Shown here: in pieces, positions 48,771 through 64,000 of the stretch
Numbering within the stretch: position 1 is the first letter of the stretch
How the letters are laid out: every line of letters begins with the position of its first letter
Assembly: GCA_037447605.1 (NCBI GenBank)
Contig: CM074816.1
Location: forward strand, 1,262,283 to 1,326,282
Length of the DNA stretch: 64,000 bases
Source of the DNA: Zygnema circumcarinatum SAG 698-1b
Taxonomy: Eukaryota; Plantae; Zygnematophyceae
Reading direction: 5' to 3'
The notes under the pieces: generated by a model
What the model saw: the letters and a program-made list of their open reading frames with translations, nothing else
Database searches by the model: none
What the model was told of the DNA's origin: nothing
Program-made: the position numbers and the translations under genes

Positions 48771-48990
48771 GTGCCACGTGGTGGATAGTGAATAGTCCAC
48801 GTATCAAGGTCCGTACAATTATGGTCGGTCGGATTAGGGCGGTCCTGACTCAGGGCGCTCCCGGGGGTGCCACGTGGTAAGTGGTCCTGCTGCCTCAGCT
48901 TTTGCTAATTTGCTTGCAACACGTGGCCTGCATCCACGTCAGCACTTGTCGTTTCTTAAAAATATGGCGACACGTGTCCATGCCACGTCA
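48771..48990. promoter_or_regulatory. ABRE/G-box cluster ~0.8-1 kb upstream of the At1g27990-like gene
   Basis: CACGTG at 48775, 48871, 48920 and 48971; CCACGTCA at 48934 and 48983; CCACGTA near 48797. Confidence 0.5.
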
Positions 48991-49796
48991 TCGGAAGGCG
49001 CTTGGACGAGGCGATGAGTGGGCGGATGGCCATGCGACATGGCGGCCATGCAGGGGGCCATGGGGGAGAGGACCAAAAATGAAATTTCATTTGGGGGTCG
49101 GAGAAGGAAACTTCTAGGCTCGGGCAGGAGTTGACGGCTGTGGAAAATTTTTGGAAGGCGGGCTGTGGACACGCAAAAAAATATTGGAGGGAAGAAAATG
49201 GAAAAAGGAAAGGACGGAAAGTAAGTAAAGTCAACATTGTAAATATTTTTGGAATGAATGATTGGAGCGGAAAGTAAACCGACTCCAAAAAAAAAAAATC
49301 TGGTTTGCGAGAATTTGAAGCTGAGAAATAAAAGGAGTGGCGAATGAAAAAAAGGTGAATAGAGCGCGGAATGTTACGTAAATGAAAAGATCGGAGGGAA
49401 GGAACTCAGAAAGTGTTGAATCAGTTCCTTATTTTTGCGAAAAGGATGGTTCTTTGCTTGCCGCCGAAATTCTGAAAAAAAAAGGGAAAAGGAGACTTGA
49501 AACTTTTCTGCTCTGAACTTGGAGCGAGTTTTGGACGAGAGACTGCGCATGCCAATACAGAAATTTGGAGGGAATAAGGGCAGGGCAGGGCAGGGCAGGG
49601 CAGGGCAGGGCGGGAGGCGGCAAGGGGGAGGGAGGCCTGTAACAGGAGGGAGAGGACAGAGGAAGAGGAGGAGAGTAATTCTCCCCTGACAAGGTGTTGC
49701 AGGAGGTGGAGGAGGAGTTTCAAGACATGCAAGAACAACAAATAAGCAGCTGCAGTTGCATCACTTGAAGTGAGGAACAGCATTGGCATCCATGCA

Positions 49797-54064
<4,268 letters not shown>

Positions 54065-55713
54065 TGAGATCTCTGCTCTGCAGTTTCAGTTTTCCAGTGT
54101 TCCAGTTCAATCTTAATTTCAGTTCCATTCTCAGTTTCAGTTGTAGCGCTGTTAAATGCAATAGGTTTTAGGCTCTTTAGTGAAAGCTGGCAAGGGCTGT
54201 GCCTCGGATGTCGATGTACATAGAGACGGGAGACTCTGGAGTGCGTCTGCAGATTTTGATAGTGACAGGTTAGTCATTGCGTAGTGTATTTGAGAGCTTC
54301 GAGAGGAAGAGGGTAAGGTGTGCTCCTGCTGCTGCTGCTGCTTGCTGCTGCTGATTGCTAAGCCCTGGGGTTCAGGGGCGGATGATCTTTGCACGTGTAT
54401 TGGGAAATTGAGGAATTGTGAGCGAGCGAGAGCAGTGCTCAGTGTGTGGGTCCATATGTTGTCCTGCCGTTCCATGTGCATGGAATCCCGCTTCAGTTCT
54501 GGCTTTTTTACAAAGGAGACCTGTACTGCTATATGCTTCATGACCGTGAGGTGACGGTGGGGGATCGTTGTCTTAAGCGGGAGGTTTCCCAGGGTTTTGC
54601 AATTACGTGCAAGTTTTTGAATAAACATATTTTTTTTGGAACCACGTATGATTCTTGCATTTAAAGAGGTAGAAAAAAAAAAAAATCGTCCATGCAATTC
54701 GAAAGAACACTTGATTGAACGTTTGCTGATTTGATTGTTTTGCTCTTAAGAGCCAATCATTTATATCGCCTCTGTTTTAAAAAAGAAACCTAGTCGCCCA
54801 ACATCTGTAAATTCAGTCTGCTGGCGGATTAGTCCGAGCAGGGTCCTGAGGGGACAAGTGAAGCCGAGCCGAGCCGAGCCATTTCTTCTCTTTTTTATGT
54901 GAATTAAAGTACGAAGAAGAGAACACAATGAAGGAGCACAATGCATAGAAGCAGCACGAGCATATAACGCATGAATAGAATGTCTAGAATTTGAGATTTA
55001 TGGACACGACTCATTTTATTCCCTCGATTAAGTCGAGTGTCTAACTTCACCGAGTTAAGTTGACCATCTAAGCATCTCGGCAGTTGAATATCACGAAGAA
55101 TAACCAATAGAAAAGTATTTTGCGCGAAGGGAAGCGCGCCAACTTCAAAGAGCACAACTCTTGAACCTAAAATCTTGTACGCTTTGAAACCACAGCCGAC
55201 AGGGTGTCTCAAGTTCCATGTTCTGTTCCATGCCACAAGTTTTTTCTCTTTTAAGGAACTAGTTCACATTGATCTTCCGCAGTCACTACTGATCGAGATT
55301 GGCAACTGGTCAACTGGCCTGGTCAACTGGCCTGGTCAACGCTCTGCCGCCATTTCCCACTGAGAGAGGTAGCAAGGCAAGTCGATCTCGCCGCATGCTT
55401 GCAGTTCGCATGGTGGGCCTGAGCACATGAAGAATGAAATGTCATTCATCTCGCGATGGCGATGCCACCAACTGCACATCGACATAGTCAGCATTGGGAA
55501 CCACGAAGACCCAACCGCTCACAAAGGAGCACCTGAGAGCAATAGAAAAACGCTACGAGCGGAAATCTGCCTCTAGGCCCGACAAGGCGGCCCTAGAAAT
55601 TTTGATGTTGGGGCACATCAAGGTGTTGGTACTTAGTTCCTCGCATGAATGTTGTCCGGGACATCAATGTGTTGGTATAGGGACAATGTCCATGCATGGA
55701 CGGTCATGTTTGG

Positions 55714-56675
55714 TGTAGGACCGAACATGGGGGGTGCCCGTATCATAAGCGCGGTACGGCAGGTCTAGGGATGGTCTAGGGTCGTCGGTTGCGGCGTAGG
55801 CTTAGACCGTACCAAAGGGGGTGCGCGGAATGCGCCTCAACGGGAGCGCGGCCGTACGGACGGCGCGCCATTGTACGGACGACGTGGAAGTGTACGGACA
55901 TGGAGAGGCGGATTTGCACGCAGCGACATGATTGGTCGCGACAGCGCGCAGATCGCGGCGCAACCTCCTTGCGTGACGTGACGCATGGTTCAGCAATTAT
56001 CGGTGGAGAAGATTTGAGATGTCTGCGGCGAATGGGGAGGCGCCACGTACATCCTTACGTTAGGTCAGGATTTGCAGGGCGGCAGACATGTACGGCTGGG
56101 CGGCGGACTCGGACGGCCGGGCGGCGGACGTGTACGGCTGGGCGGCAGAACAGTACGGTTGGCCTTTCGTAGGTCGGTGCTGGCATAGGTTAACGTGAGG
56201 CTGCGTAGCTGGCTGTTGAATGCATGCACTTGCTAGTGCGGCTGTGATGGGTGGTCACGTGACGCTGGCCGCCATTGTATAAAAGGGAGCAAGCTTGGCT
56301 CTCTCACTCACTCTCTCTTTATGTTATGCTGCTCGACCCTTGTTATTCAGGACGAGTATGCGGAGGCTGAGGCCTAGAGGAGTCCGGGATCGTGTAGGAA
56401 GGTCGTCAAGGAAGAAGATCTCGTCATGCTAAGCTTTAGGGAAGGCGTTAGGTGGTGTGTCCCTCATGTGTTGAGGTAGAGGAGTTCTTGGAAGTATGAA
56501 GTGCTTGGCTATTGTTGTTGGGGTGTAAGTTATTTATCAGAGGATAAGACAGTGCTCATGTGAGGAGGACAATCTAGCATAAGGGATTTATGTAGATTTC
56601 CTAAAGAGCTTGTATTACACTAATGAACATTTAAGGAGTTTCAGGGCCGTGGGCTTTCTCCTTATTATTGTGTCA
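55714..56675. mobile_element. Possible solo LTR
   Basis: TGTAGGA...TGTCA ends with TTTGG/TTTGT flanks (4/5 match). Internal TATAAAAGGG (~56277) followed by a CT-rich stretch. Boundaries are uncertain and no second copy was seen. Confidence 0.3.
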
Positions 56676-56872
56676 TTTGTCATGTGAGTCCTCGTGTGGG
56701 ATTGGCCTGGTGGATGAGCAGGTCTCGCCTTTCTATGTTCCCGCAGTTGCGTTTTTTGCAGCATTGAGTACGGCAGCTTCGGTGGCTGCCTGCCCCCGTA
56801 CGGTGCCAGACAACCGTACCGTTCCGTGTTCTGTGTAAAGGCGAAATCCGTGGAAAACTTCCCAGTACGGTA

Positions 56873-57578
56873 CAGTGGAGGGTCCTCATATTTTCGCCAT
56901 GGTATCGGCCAAAAAGGGGCAAAAATATTGATTTTGCAAATATAAGGTACGTGTTACCAATAGGCTTTCGGTACCATGTTAGAGTTCATGTTTGTCCGTA
57001 CGTATCATATCGTCTAATATCGTATCGTATCGTACCATATCGTCCAGTATCTAGCGTACCGTGCCGTATAGTATCGTCTAATATCGTACCGTCGTACCGT
57101 ATCTATCGTACCGTACCGTATCGTATCGCATACACGTAGTTTTCCGCTCTTCGCGTTGTTCGTCTCATTGATGATGCTATAATTATCAATAGTGGAAGAG
57201 CACACCCATGATAAAATAAATGAGTGAGTTAATATTAGGCTGGGGGTTGACGGGCTTCCACGGCAATGAAACAAAACGGGTGCCTTGTGCGACTTGGAAG
57301 ACGCTCAATACCAAAACACCTCTTAAAGTCAATATGCTTGCCGTGTAGATGGTTGATGTGGATGGTATACGGAGCAGACGAGGAGAGGAGCGAGCGCCTC
57401 TTACGGCGGACACCTGTGGGAAGATTCTACAACTCGTACGGCTAGTACGAATAGTACGAATAATACGGACAGTACGGCTAACATTGAGTTACCGTACAAA
57501 AAGGTAGTTTCGGCAAAATCGGGGCGAATTTCTTGGGAGCGCACTGTACAGGGTGGAAAATATGAGGACCCCCCACTG
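56873..57578. mobile_element. Tc1/mariner (pogo-like) MITE, copy A
   Basis: TA|CAGTGGAGGGTCCTCATATTTTC ... GAAAATATGAGGACCCCCCACTG|TA (23-bp TIR, 1 mismatch). Subterminal sequence is shared with copy B. Confidence 0.88.
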
Positions 57579-57589
57579 TAATACGCAAG

Positions 57590-57968
57590 TCAAATTTTCG
57601 TACGCTTTTGTGAAAAGTTTGACTTGCCCGCCCGCCCTGATGTGTACAGCCGGCCCGAGGAGCGCGAAATTCCGCGACCAGAATCCGCCGTTAGGGATCG
57701 GATCGAATTCGTACGAACAGCGGCTGGCAGCCAGCTGGTCACTTTGGTCAAATATTTTCTCGTACGTCAAGCGAACAGAAAACTTTTCAGTTTTCGTACG
57801 ATTTTGTGAAAACCCTTGACCTGCCCGCCCGGATGTGTACGAACAACCGGAGGCGCGCGAAATTCCGCGACCGAAATCACCGCGGCAGATCGGATCGGTT
57901 GCTCGTACTAGCCGTATGAAAAATCAGCTGGTCAGCCAGTTGCTTGGTCAACTTTTTTCTAGTACGAA
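57590..57968. repeat. Diverged ~200-bp tandem duplication
   Basis: TTTTCGTACG.TTTTGTGAAAA..TTGAC.TGCCCGCCCG, GCGCGAAATTCCGCGACC and GATCGGATCG recur with a period of ~198 bp. Confidence 0.7.
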
Positions 57969-58312
57969 AGCATATACCCGCGGCTACCGGCCGACCCCGC
58001 AGGCGGCAACATTGTACGGAGGGAGCCAAGTGGCAATATCGCGCCGCCGCAACCGACAATTTCGCCGAGCCAGCGGTCCATTGGCTGCGCGGCCTGCTTT
58101 TGTCGTTACCTGGAAGCCTTGTTGGTTTTGCTGATCGACCGCAGGGCGGAATCAGTTCCCGACATTTGCGGAAGCGGTCCAAACCAGAACGTGCTTTCCG
58201 GCGGTTTTCAGAGTCGAAATCCAAGAGTACGGATAGTACGGTATGGTACTGATTTGTACGGTACCCGTAGAGGGGCGAAAGAATTGAAAGGGTCCTCCAG
58301 AAATGAAAAATA

Positions 58313-59334
58313 ATACAGCAGCCCCACTTTTTGGATATCAGCGCCCCCTTTTGGGAAAAATTGTACTTTTTTTTTTTGGTTAATCATCCCCCCCCTTGGA
58401 TCTTTCGGGAGGAGAGATCTTGTAGCCAATCGGACCCCGCGCCTCGCGCGCAGGATCCGACCGTGCACCGACGTACGGCGCCGCGCATCGCGGCGCGGCC
58501 CGCGAGATGCGGCGAGCCTACGGAAACGTTGTCCTCACCTGAACCTTTTGGGTCAGAGGTTGCCACGTGACAGTCTTCCATTGGACAGCCCTGATGCCGG
58601 TCCCCCATGCCGATACAGTGGACCCCCATAATATTTTCGCGATGGTTTCGGCAAATACTGGGCGAAAATTTTGCATTTTGCAAATATAAGGTCCGTGTTA
58701 CCAATAGGCGAGCGGTATTATGTTAGAGTTCATGTATGTTCGTACGTATCGTATCGTATCGCATCGTACCGTGCTTTTATATATACGAGCTCCTATTGGT
58801 GCCGTACGTACACCGTACGATTTAGAGATTTTATTCGTACTTACCGTACAGCGTAAAAGCGTAACTCATGTTTGAAATCCGTTTCGATTAACAGATTTTG
58901 TATTAGAGAATAGGTCATGTTAGGTTAACACCCCTAATACGTTAACATTGAGTTACCGTACAAAAAGGTGGTTTCGGCAAAATCGGGGCGAATTGCTTGG
59001 AGACGCACTGTGCAAGGTGGAAAATATTATGGGGGTCCACTGTATCGGCATGGGGGACCGGCAGCAGGGCTGTCCAATGGAAGACTGCCACGTGGCAACC
59101 TCTGACCCAAAAGGGTCAGGTGAGGACAACGTTTCCGTAGGCTCGCCGCATCTCGCGGGCCGCGCCGCGATGCGCGGCGCCGTACGTCGGTGCACAGTCG
59201 GATCCTGCGCGCGAGGCGCGGGGTACAAGATCTCTCCTCCCGAAAGATCCAAAGGGGGGGATGATTAGCCAAAAAAAAAAGTACAATTTTTCCCAAAAGG
59301 GGGCGCCGATATCCAAAGAGTGGGGCCGCTGTAT
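58313..59334. repeat. Long inverted repeat: ~290-300-bp arms directly flanking MITE B
   Basis: 58313-58613 is the reverse complement of 59045-59334, with about 9 substitutions and one 10-bp indel. Confidence 0.92.
58616..59042. mobile_element. Tc1/mariner (pogo-like) MITE, copy B
   Basis: TA|CAGTGGACCCCCATAATATTTTC ... GAAAATATTATGGGGGTCCACTG|TA (perfect 23-bp TIR). Internal blocks match copy A (TTTTGCAAATATAAGG...; AACATTGAGTTACCGTACAAAAAGG...). Confidence 0.85.
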
Positions 59335-61561
59335 CATTTTCCCCAGAAATTCGGAAACTCTTGCGCAGGCCTCTACAGTGAAGGGAATCCGTGTACGGAA
59401 TCCCTGAAATCCCTTAAAACGATTCTGGGCCATCCCGTATTTTTTTGGAGGGACGTTAAAAGGAAATAGGATTGTCAGAAATGACGTAATCGTACGAAAC
59501 ATAGACGCTCACTGTTTACGGAAAGCACAGCCACGGCTGAAATCTCAGTAAGGCTTACTGACGTTTTCTATGTCTTACATGCAATTTTTTTCTTCCTCCC
59601 CCTCTCTCCCTTTTCCTCCTCTCGTTTTCTTCTTACTCTCTCGTCAATCTGCAGGTGTCGGCGTGGTCGGGCTGCAATTTTGGAGCATGAAATGGCACAA
59701 AAGTTGAAAAGCAACAAGTTGCAGCACGACCACGAATGATTGAAGACCACTTTGGTCCCAAGGTCACTCGCTGCTCGGGACCGGGCAACAAGCTCTGTCT
59801 TTTTGTGCGTGTGTCGTTTCCACGTTTTTTGGGCGAGAACACGAGGTTGGCAGAAACCTACGAGACCTACGCTTCGTGTGAAATATTTTGATTGCTTTTC
59901 TTGAGCGATCTCAACGTATCGCATCTCAGATTGCGCAGAGGGAATCCGCAGACAGCCAATCAGCGCCGGCCTGAATGTACGGAAACGTCGTCTCCACAAG
60001 CCGACAGCTGAGCGGTCCTGTTTTTGTCGTTAAGGACTGTGGGATGTTGCACGTGTCGCACGCGTGCGGAGGGAGGGCTGTCTAATAAAAAAATTCCGCG
60101 CCTCCCAACTTTGTCGGTTGTGCTCCCGCGGCTTGGGATGGCATGCATGCGCCATGTAATGTAACGCGGACGATTTTCATAATCTTGATCAAGGTCAAGA
60201 CGACAAGGTCACTGACATTGGTTCAGAATCTCAACGCGCAGAGTCCACTCAGCAGTGCGGTACAGCACCGCTGTCTCCCGCCGCGCAGCACTCTGAGACG
60301 ACGCGGTTGATTGGCTTCCCAACCCAAGGATCCACCACTCTTTACCCGCCCCTTCTAACGATATCCTCAGCGCATCGTGGCCCTTGATCTGCCGCTATTG
60401 ATCCCTTCCCAAACCCTGCCCGCCACAACAAGCTCACCGTTTCACACGTGTCGGAAGATTGGATCCGGATCCTACCGCTCGTGTCGTTTTGTACGAACCT
60501 CAGAAGGACAAATAGAGGGAAAGCTGGCATTTAAATCGACGAGAAACCGACAAAACCCATCTATCATTGCAGCGAGAGCATTGAATTGCGGTCCAACAAC
60601 ACGGGCAGCTTGAGCTGGCGTCTGTAGAAGCGACAAAACAACGACGTGGGGTCCACCGGTACATTTAGCCCTCTCTTGTACGTTTGGGCGGCAAGACCTT
60701 GGCACCGTCGAAGACAGCTACCTCCGTACAGTAACCGACAAAATGGCCGTACATATTAATAACGAAAAGTGATACGAAGTACGAATAGTCAAGATTGTAT
60801 GTACGGCCACCAGTCATCCGTGTCCGTGCACTGATTATTCGGCGCTTGTATCAGCGGCTCCGCCCTGTGCAGTGAACTGCATCGGGACGTGGGCGGGAGA
60901 GGGAGAGGGAGGGAGAGGGAAGGGGTGAGGGAGGGGGAAAGAGTGGGGGAGGGAGTGGGAGAGGGAGAGAGCGGGAGGGAGAAGGGAGAGGGAGAGGGAC
61001 AGGGAGAGGGAGAGGGAGAGGGAGAGGGAAAGGGAGAGGNNNNNNNNNNAGAGGGAGAGGGAGAGGGAAAGGGAGAGGGAGAGGGAGAGAGGGAGAGGGC
61101 GAGGGAGAGGGAGAGGGAAAGGGGAAAGGGGGAGGGAGGGAGGGTGGGGGAGGGAGGGGGAGGGAGGGAGGCAGAGAGTGAGAGAAAGGGGGAGAGTGAG
61201 AGGGAGGGGATAGGGAGGGAGAGAGAGAGAGGGGGAGAGAAAGAGTCAGAGGGAAGAGGGACAGTCGGAGGTATTGGGGGAGAGAGAGAGAGGGAGAGGG
61301 AGGGAGAGAGTGAGGGAGAGTTCGACGTAGGGAGGGAGAGTCCGAGGTAGGAAGAGCGGTGAGGGAGAGAGAGGGAGAGATAGCGAGAGTGTCCGAGGTA
61401 GGGAGGGAACGAGAGAGCGAGAGAGGGAGGGAGAGATAGCGGGAGTGTCCGAGGTAGGGAGGAAGAGAGAGAGAGCGCGAGAGAGAGAAAGGTGAGGAAT
61501 CCCACGCCCAGTAGCGCGGGCGTCGAGTGAGAGAGCCCGCGATAGTCGAACTGAGCGAGAG

Positions 61562-62788
61562 ATGGCGCCCCCCCCCGTCGCCCCCTCCCCCTCCCTCTCC
61601 CTCTCCCTCTCCCTCCTCCCCCCCCTCCTCCTGGCGCTGCTCCTCGTCTCCCTCCCCTCCCCCGCAGCCGCCCTCCTCCCTGCGGACCTGTTCCCGTACG
61701 GCACCGCGAACGGCGACAAGGTCCTCCACTGCGACGACTGCGCCAGCGCGGAGATCGCGCTGCCCGGCGCTATGACCTTCTTCCGGAACCGGGTCACGGC
61801 CCTGCGCGTGTCCGCCAACGGCTACTTCGGGCAGATGTCCTCTTCGGTCATGAACGGAGCCGTGGACGCGTGCGTGGGCTCTGTCTCTGTGCCGCTAATT
61901 GTTCTGCTTTTGGGCTCACATCATCAATCGCTCTCGATTTTAGGGTTTTTACGGTTTTAGGGTGTTTAGGGTTCTAAAGTTTTAGGGTCTTAGTGTTTTT
62001 ACGGTTTTTAGGGTTTCATTGTCATAGTTTCTTTTCATATTGTCTGATTTTGCCTTTAGCTGACAATTGTGCTATTGTGCGAGCGAGCATGCAAGAATTT
62101 CACGGCCAATGTCGGATTTGGTTTTTTGGTCAATTCAATTTACTTTGTTTTGGAAATGTAAAAGAAGGTATTCAATGCATGTTTTGCACTCTTTTTGTCA
62201 TATAATCAAACCGAAAATTCTCTATGTGCAGGTATTCGACAGGATTACCGTACATCGCTCCGTTCAATTACGACATCGGTGGGTGACTGAATGTGGAACA
62301 TCTTCCAGATTTACACTCGTTACTTTATGCTTCTTGTATCTTAGTTGTAGTTATTCATTTTTTATTTTTAGTTATTTACTTATTTATTTATTTTTTAGCA
62401 ACCCTGTCATCTTAACTCAATTGAACCCAGACGTGAACTCGTCCAATCTTTAACCCTAGACTCAGAGAACCTTGGTTTTCAGTGAGATAATTTTTTCCTT
62501 CCATCTGCTTACTGTTTTCTCTATCTTCTACCGGTTTTCATTTTTTTTTATTTGACACGTCTCGTCAACATCTAACCTGTTTCTTCCCTCTGCTGCAGAC
62601 ACGACCGGCAGTGGACTCGGATCCGTGTACTACAGAATGGTCAGCAGTTTGAGTCGCCCGTCGGACCTCGCCCGCCTCTCGCTCGATGTGAAGACCTCCT
62701 TTCCCGCAGATTTCGAGGCTCAAATTTTCCAACCGGTCGGAGGGTTCGTGGTTTCATACATCAATGTGTCGTACATTGACGGTGACGG
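61562..62788 (+). CDS. 5' part of a secreted NIDO-domain (nidogen G1-like) protein; continues beyond the window
   Basis: Exons 61562-61869, 62232-62278, 62599-62788, phase-consistent. Signal peptide LLPPLLLALLLVSLPSPAAA, then LFPYG..GD..L..DD..S..I.L....FF...VS.NG, PYIAPFNYDIDTTGSGLGSVYYR and SFP...FQPVGGFVVSY..V, matching the recalled NIDO profile. Confidence 0.85.
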
Positions 62789-62819
62789 GTGAGTAACCAT
62801 TCATCTCTCTGACGATGAA

Positions 62820-63989
62820 GTCATGTTTCCCCTCTCAGTGAAGTCTTCCTTACTGTCCCCAATCTTGCTAACCATCAATTAAAAGCTGATGCATCAAGTA
62901 CAAAAAGCGGGATCTTTTGTTTGCTTGTTCATTTCAGCAACTAACCATTTCAACTCAATTGTGCTAAAACGATGACTCAAGTGAACGCTGCTTTTGCTTC
63001 GCTCCTTTGTAGAATTGTTTTGCATGTCCAATTCTACAAACCAAGAAATTCCACGCCAATGTTGCTTTATTTGTTTGAGTGCCAAATGACTACCTTGATC
63101 GACGCAAAATATATGCGGTGTCTTGAGAAATTTACCTTCATATATATGCTCAAGTACCAACCTAATCGCTCTATGGAGAATTTGATTTTGAGGTATTACT
63201 TTTGGTATGATACGTATACATCGAGTGCACTCAACCCGAGCAACCATAGGGTGGAACAAGCGAACGCAGTGAGCGCCTTGGTCAAACAAACAGCGACCAA
63301 CATGTGAGTGACGAACCTGTCGACCAATCGGTTGAAATACTCGCGACCAAACGGTTTGCGAGTGGTACCACGTTCGTTGTTTGCCGTACCTACGTTTCGT
63401 CTCAAGCGCCTTCAGATCAGCACTACGGCGCTTGTTCTGCACTCCCTTCGGTCGCCTGTTACTTCGTAACCCTTCGGTCACGGTGAAACAAGCGAACGCA
63501 GTGAGCGCCGCGCGAGCGGAGCTGGCTTTGAGCGAGGCGCTCAACACACTTTTGTTGGTCGTTTGCTTCTCCCTTAGTTCATGTCTGTTAACAACAATCC
63601 TGTGTTTGGTAGTTGGTTGTAGCTTATAATTTCCAGTGTATAAGCGTTGTGCTACCTTATCAAACCATGAAGTAATGGGCGTTACCGTTTGGTCCCCAAG
63701 TTTCTCCATCACTCCATGCAACTTTCTTACCTTGCCTAATTTTGATTGGTTTAAATGTTTGTAAGCAGCTAGTAGCACTGTTGGGTCAGCAAGCACTTCT
63801 AACACGTTGGTGTATTTGCCGTTTTTTTGGACAAACAATTCGAACTTTTGTTTAGGATATTCGCTGCTATCATTAGCGGAAACAGTCCGGGCTAACCTAT
63901 TCGAAGGGCAGTTATTAACAGGCAATGCTCCACAGCAGCACTTTGCGTCTACGACGTTTAGCTGTTTGCTCAATTTAGGGTAATGTAGC
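62820..63989 (-). pseudogene. Organelle-derived group II intron-encoded RT/maturase fragment (probable NUMT) inside an intron of the NIDO gene
   Basis: AT-rich 359-aa ORF open to the gap at 63990. RT0/1-like LADPTVLLAAY..WFDKVAQRLYTGNYKLQP; RT2/3-like RAIRLVLEHIYEGKF..H.F..GSHLALKQIK..W.GISWFVELD. A frameshift after KDPAF continues as LMHQLLIDG then a stop. No YADD region precedes the host exon. Confidence 0.85.
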
Positions 63990-64000
63990 NNNNNNNNNNC

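Noticed and set aside
59568-60705. Short ORFs downstream of the palindrome
   Set aside because: No motif or phase-consistent gene model could be built.
60789-61818. 238-292 aa ORFs upstream of the NIDO gene
   Set aside because: They are GA/CT low-complexity sequence spanning an N gap, including three ~55-bp GAGTGTCCGAGGTAGGGAG repeats of no clear significance.

Overview
This is a 64-kb eukaryotic nuclear window from a draft scaffold with six 10-N gaps. Gene content, GT-AG introns and TTTAGGG-type repeats point to a streptophyte (charophyte-type) green alga; this is inference and the species is not determined. Genes reconstructed by hand, with exon phases checked: two tandem intronless F-box/LRR-type paralogs (the first frameshifted); a secreted dumbbell-shaped Ser-Pro-rich glycoprotein; MED18 head-to-head with a bacterial DusB-type tRNA-dihydrouridine synthase; an orphan transmembrane exon; a ~1790-aa J-domain/CCCH zinc-finger protein head-to-head with THADA; an At1g27990-like membrane protein with a 2.1-kb (CT)n intron; and the 5' part of a secreted nidogen-like NIDO-domain gene. 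One intron of that last gene holds a decayed organellar group II intron RT/maturase ORF. Intergenic DNA carries non-autonomous DNA transposons: three Tc1/mariner-type MITEs, a hAT MITE nested in one of them, an 819-bp foldback element with an empty-site paralog, and a ~600-bp palindrome with a MITE at its exact axis. No rRNA, tRNA or CRISPR array was seen. All protein family assignments come from recalled motifs, not database searches.
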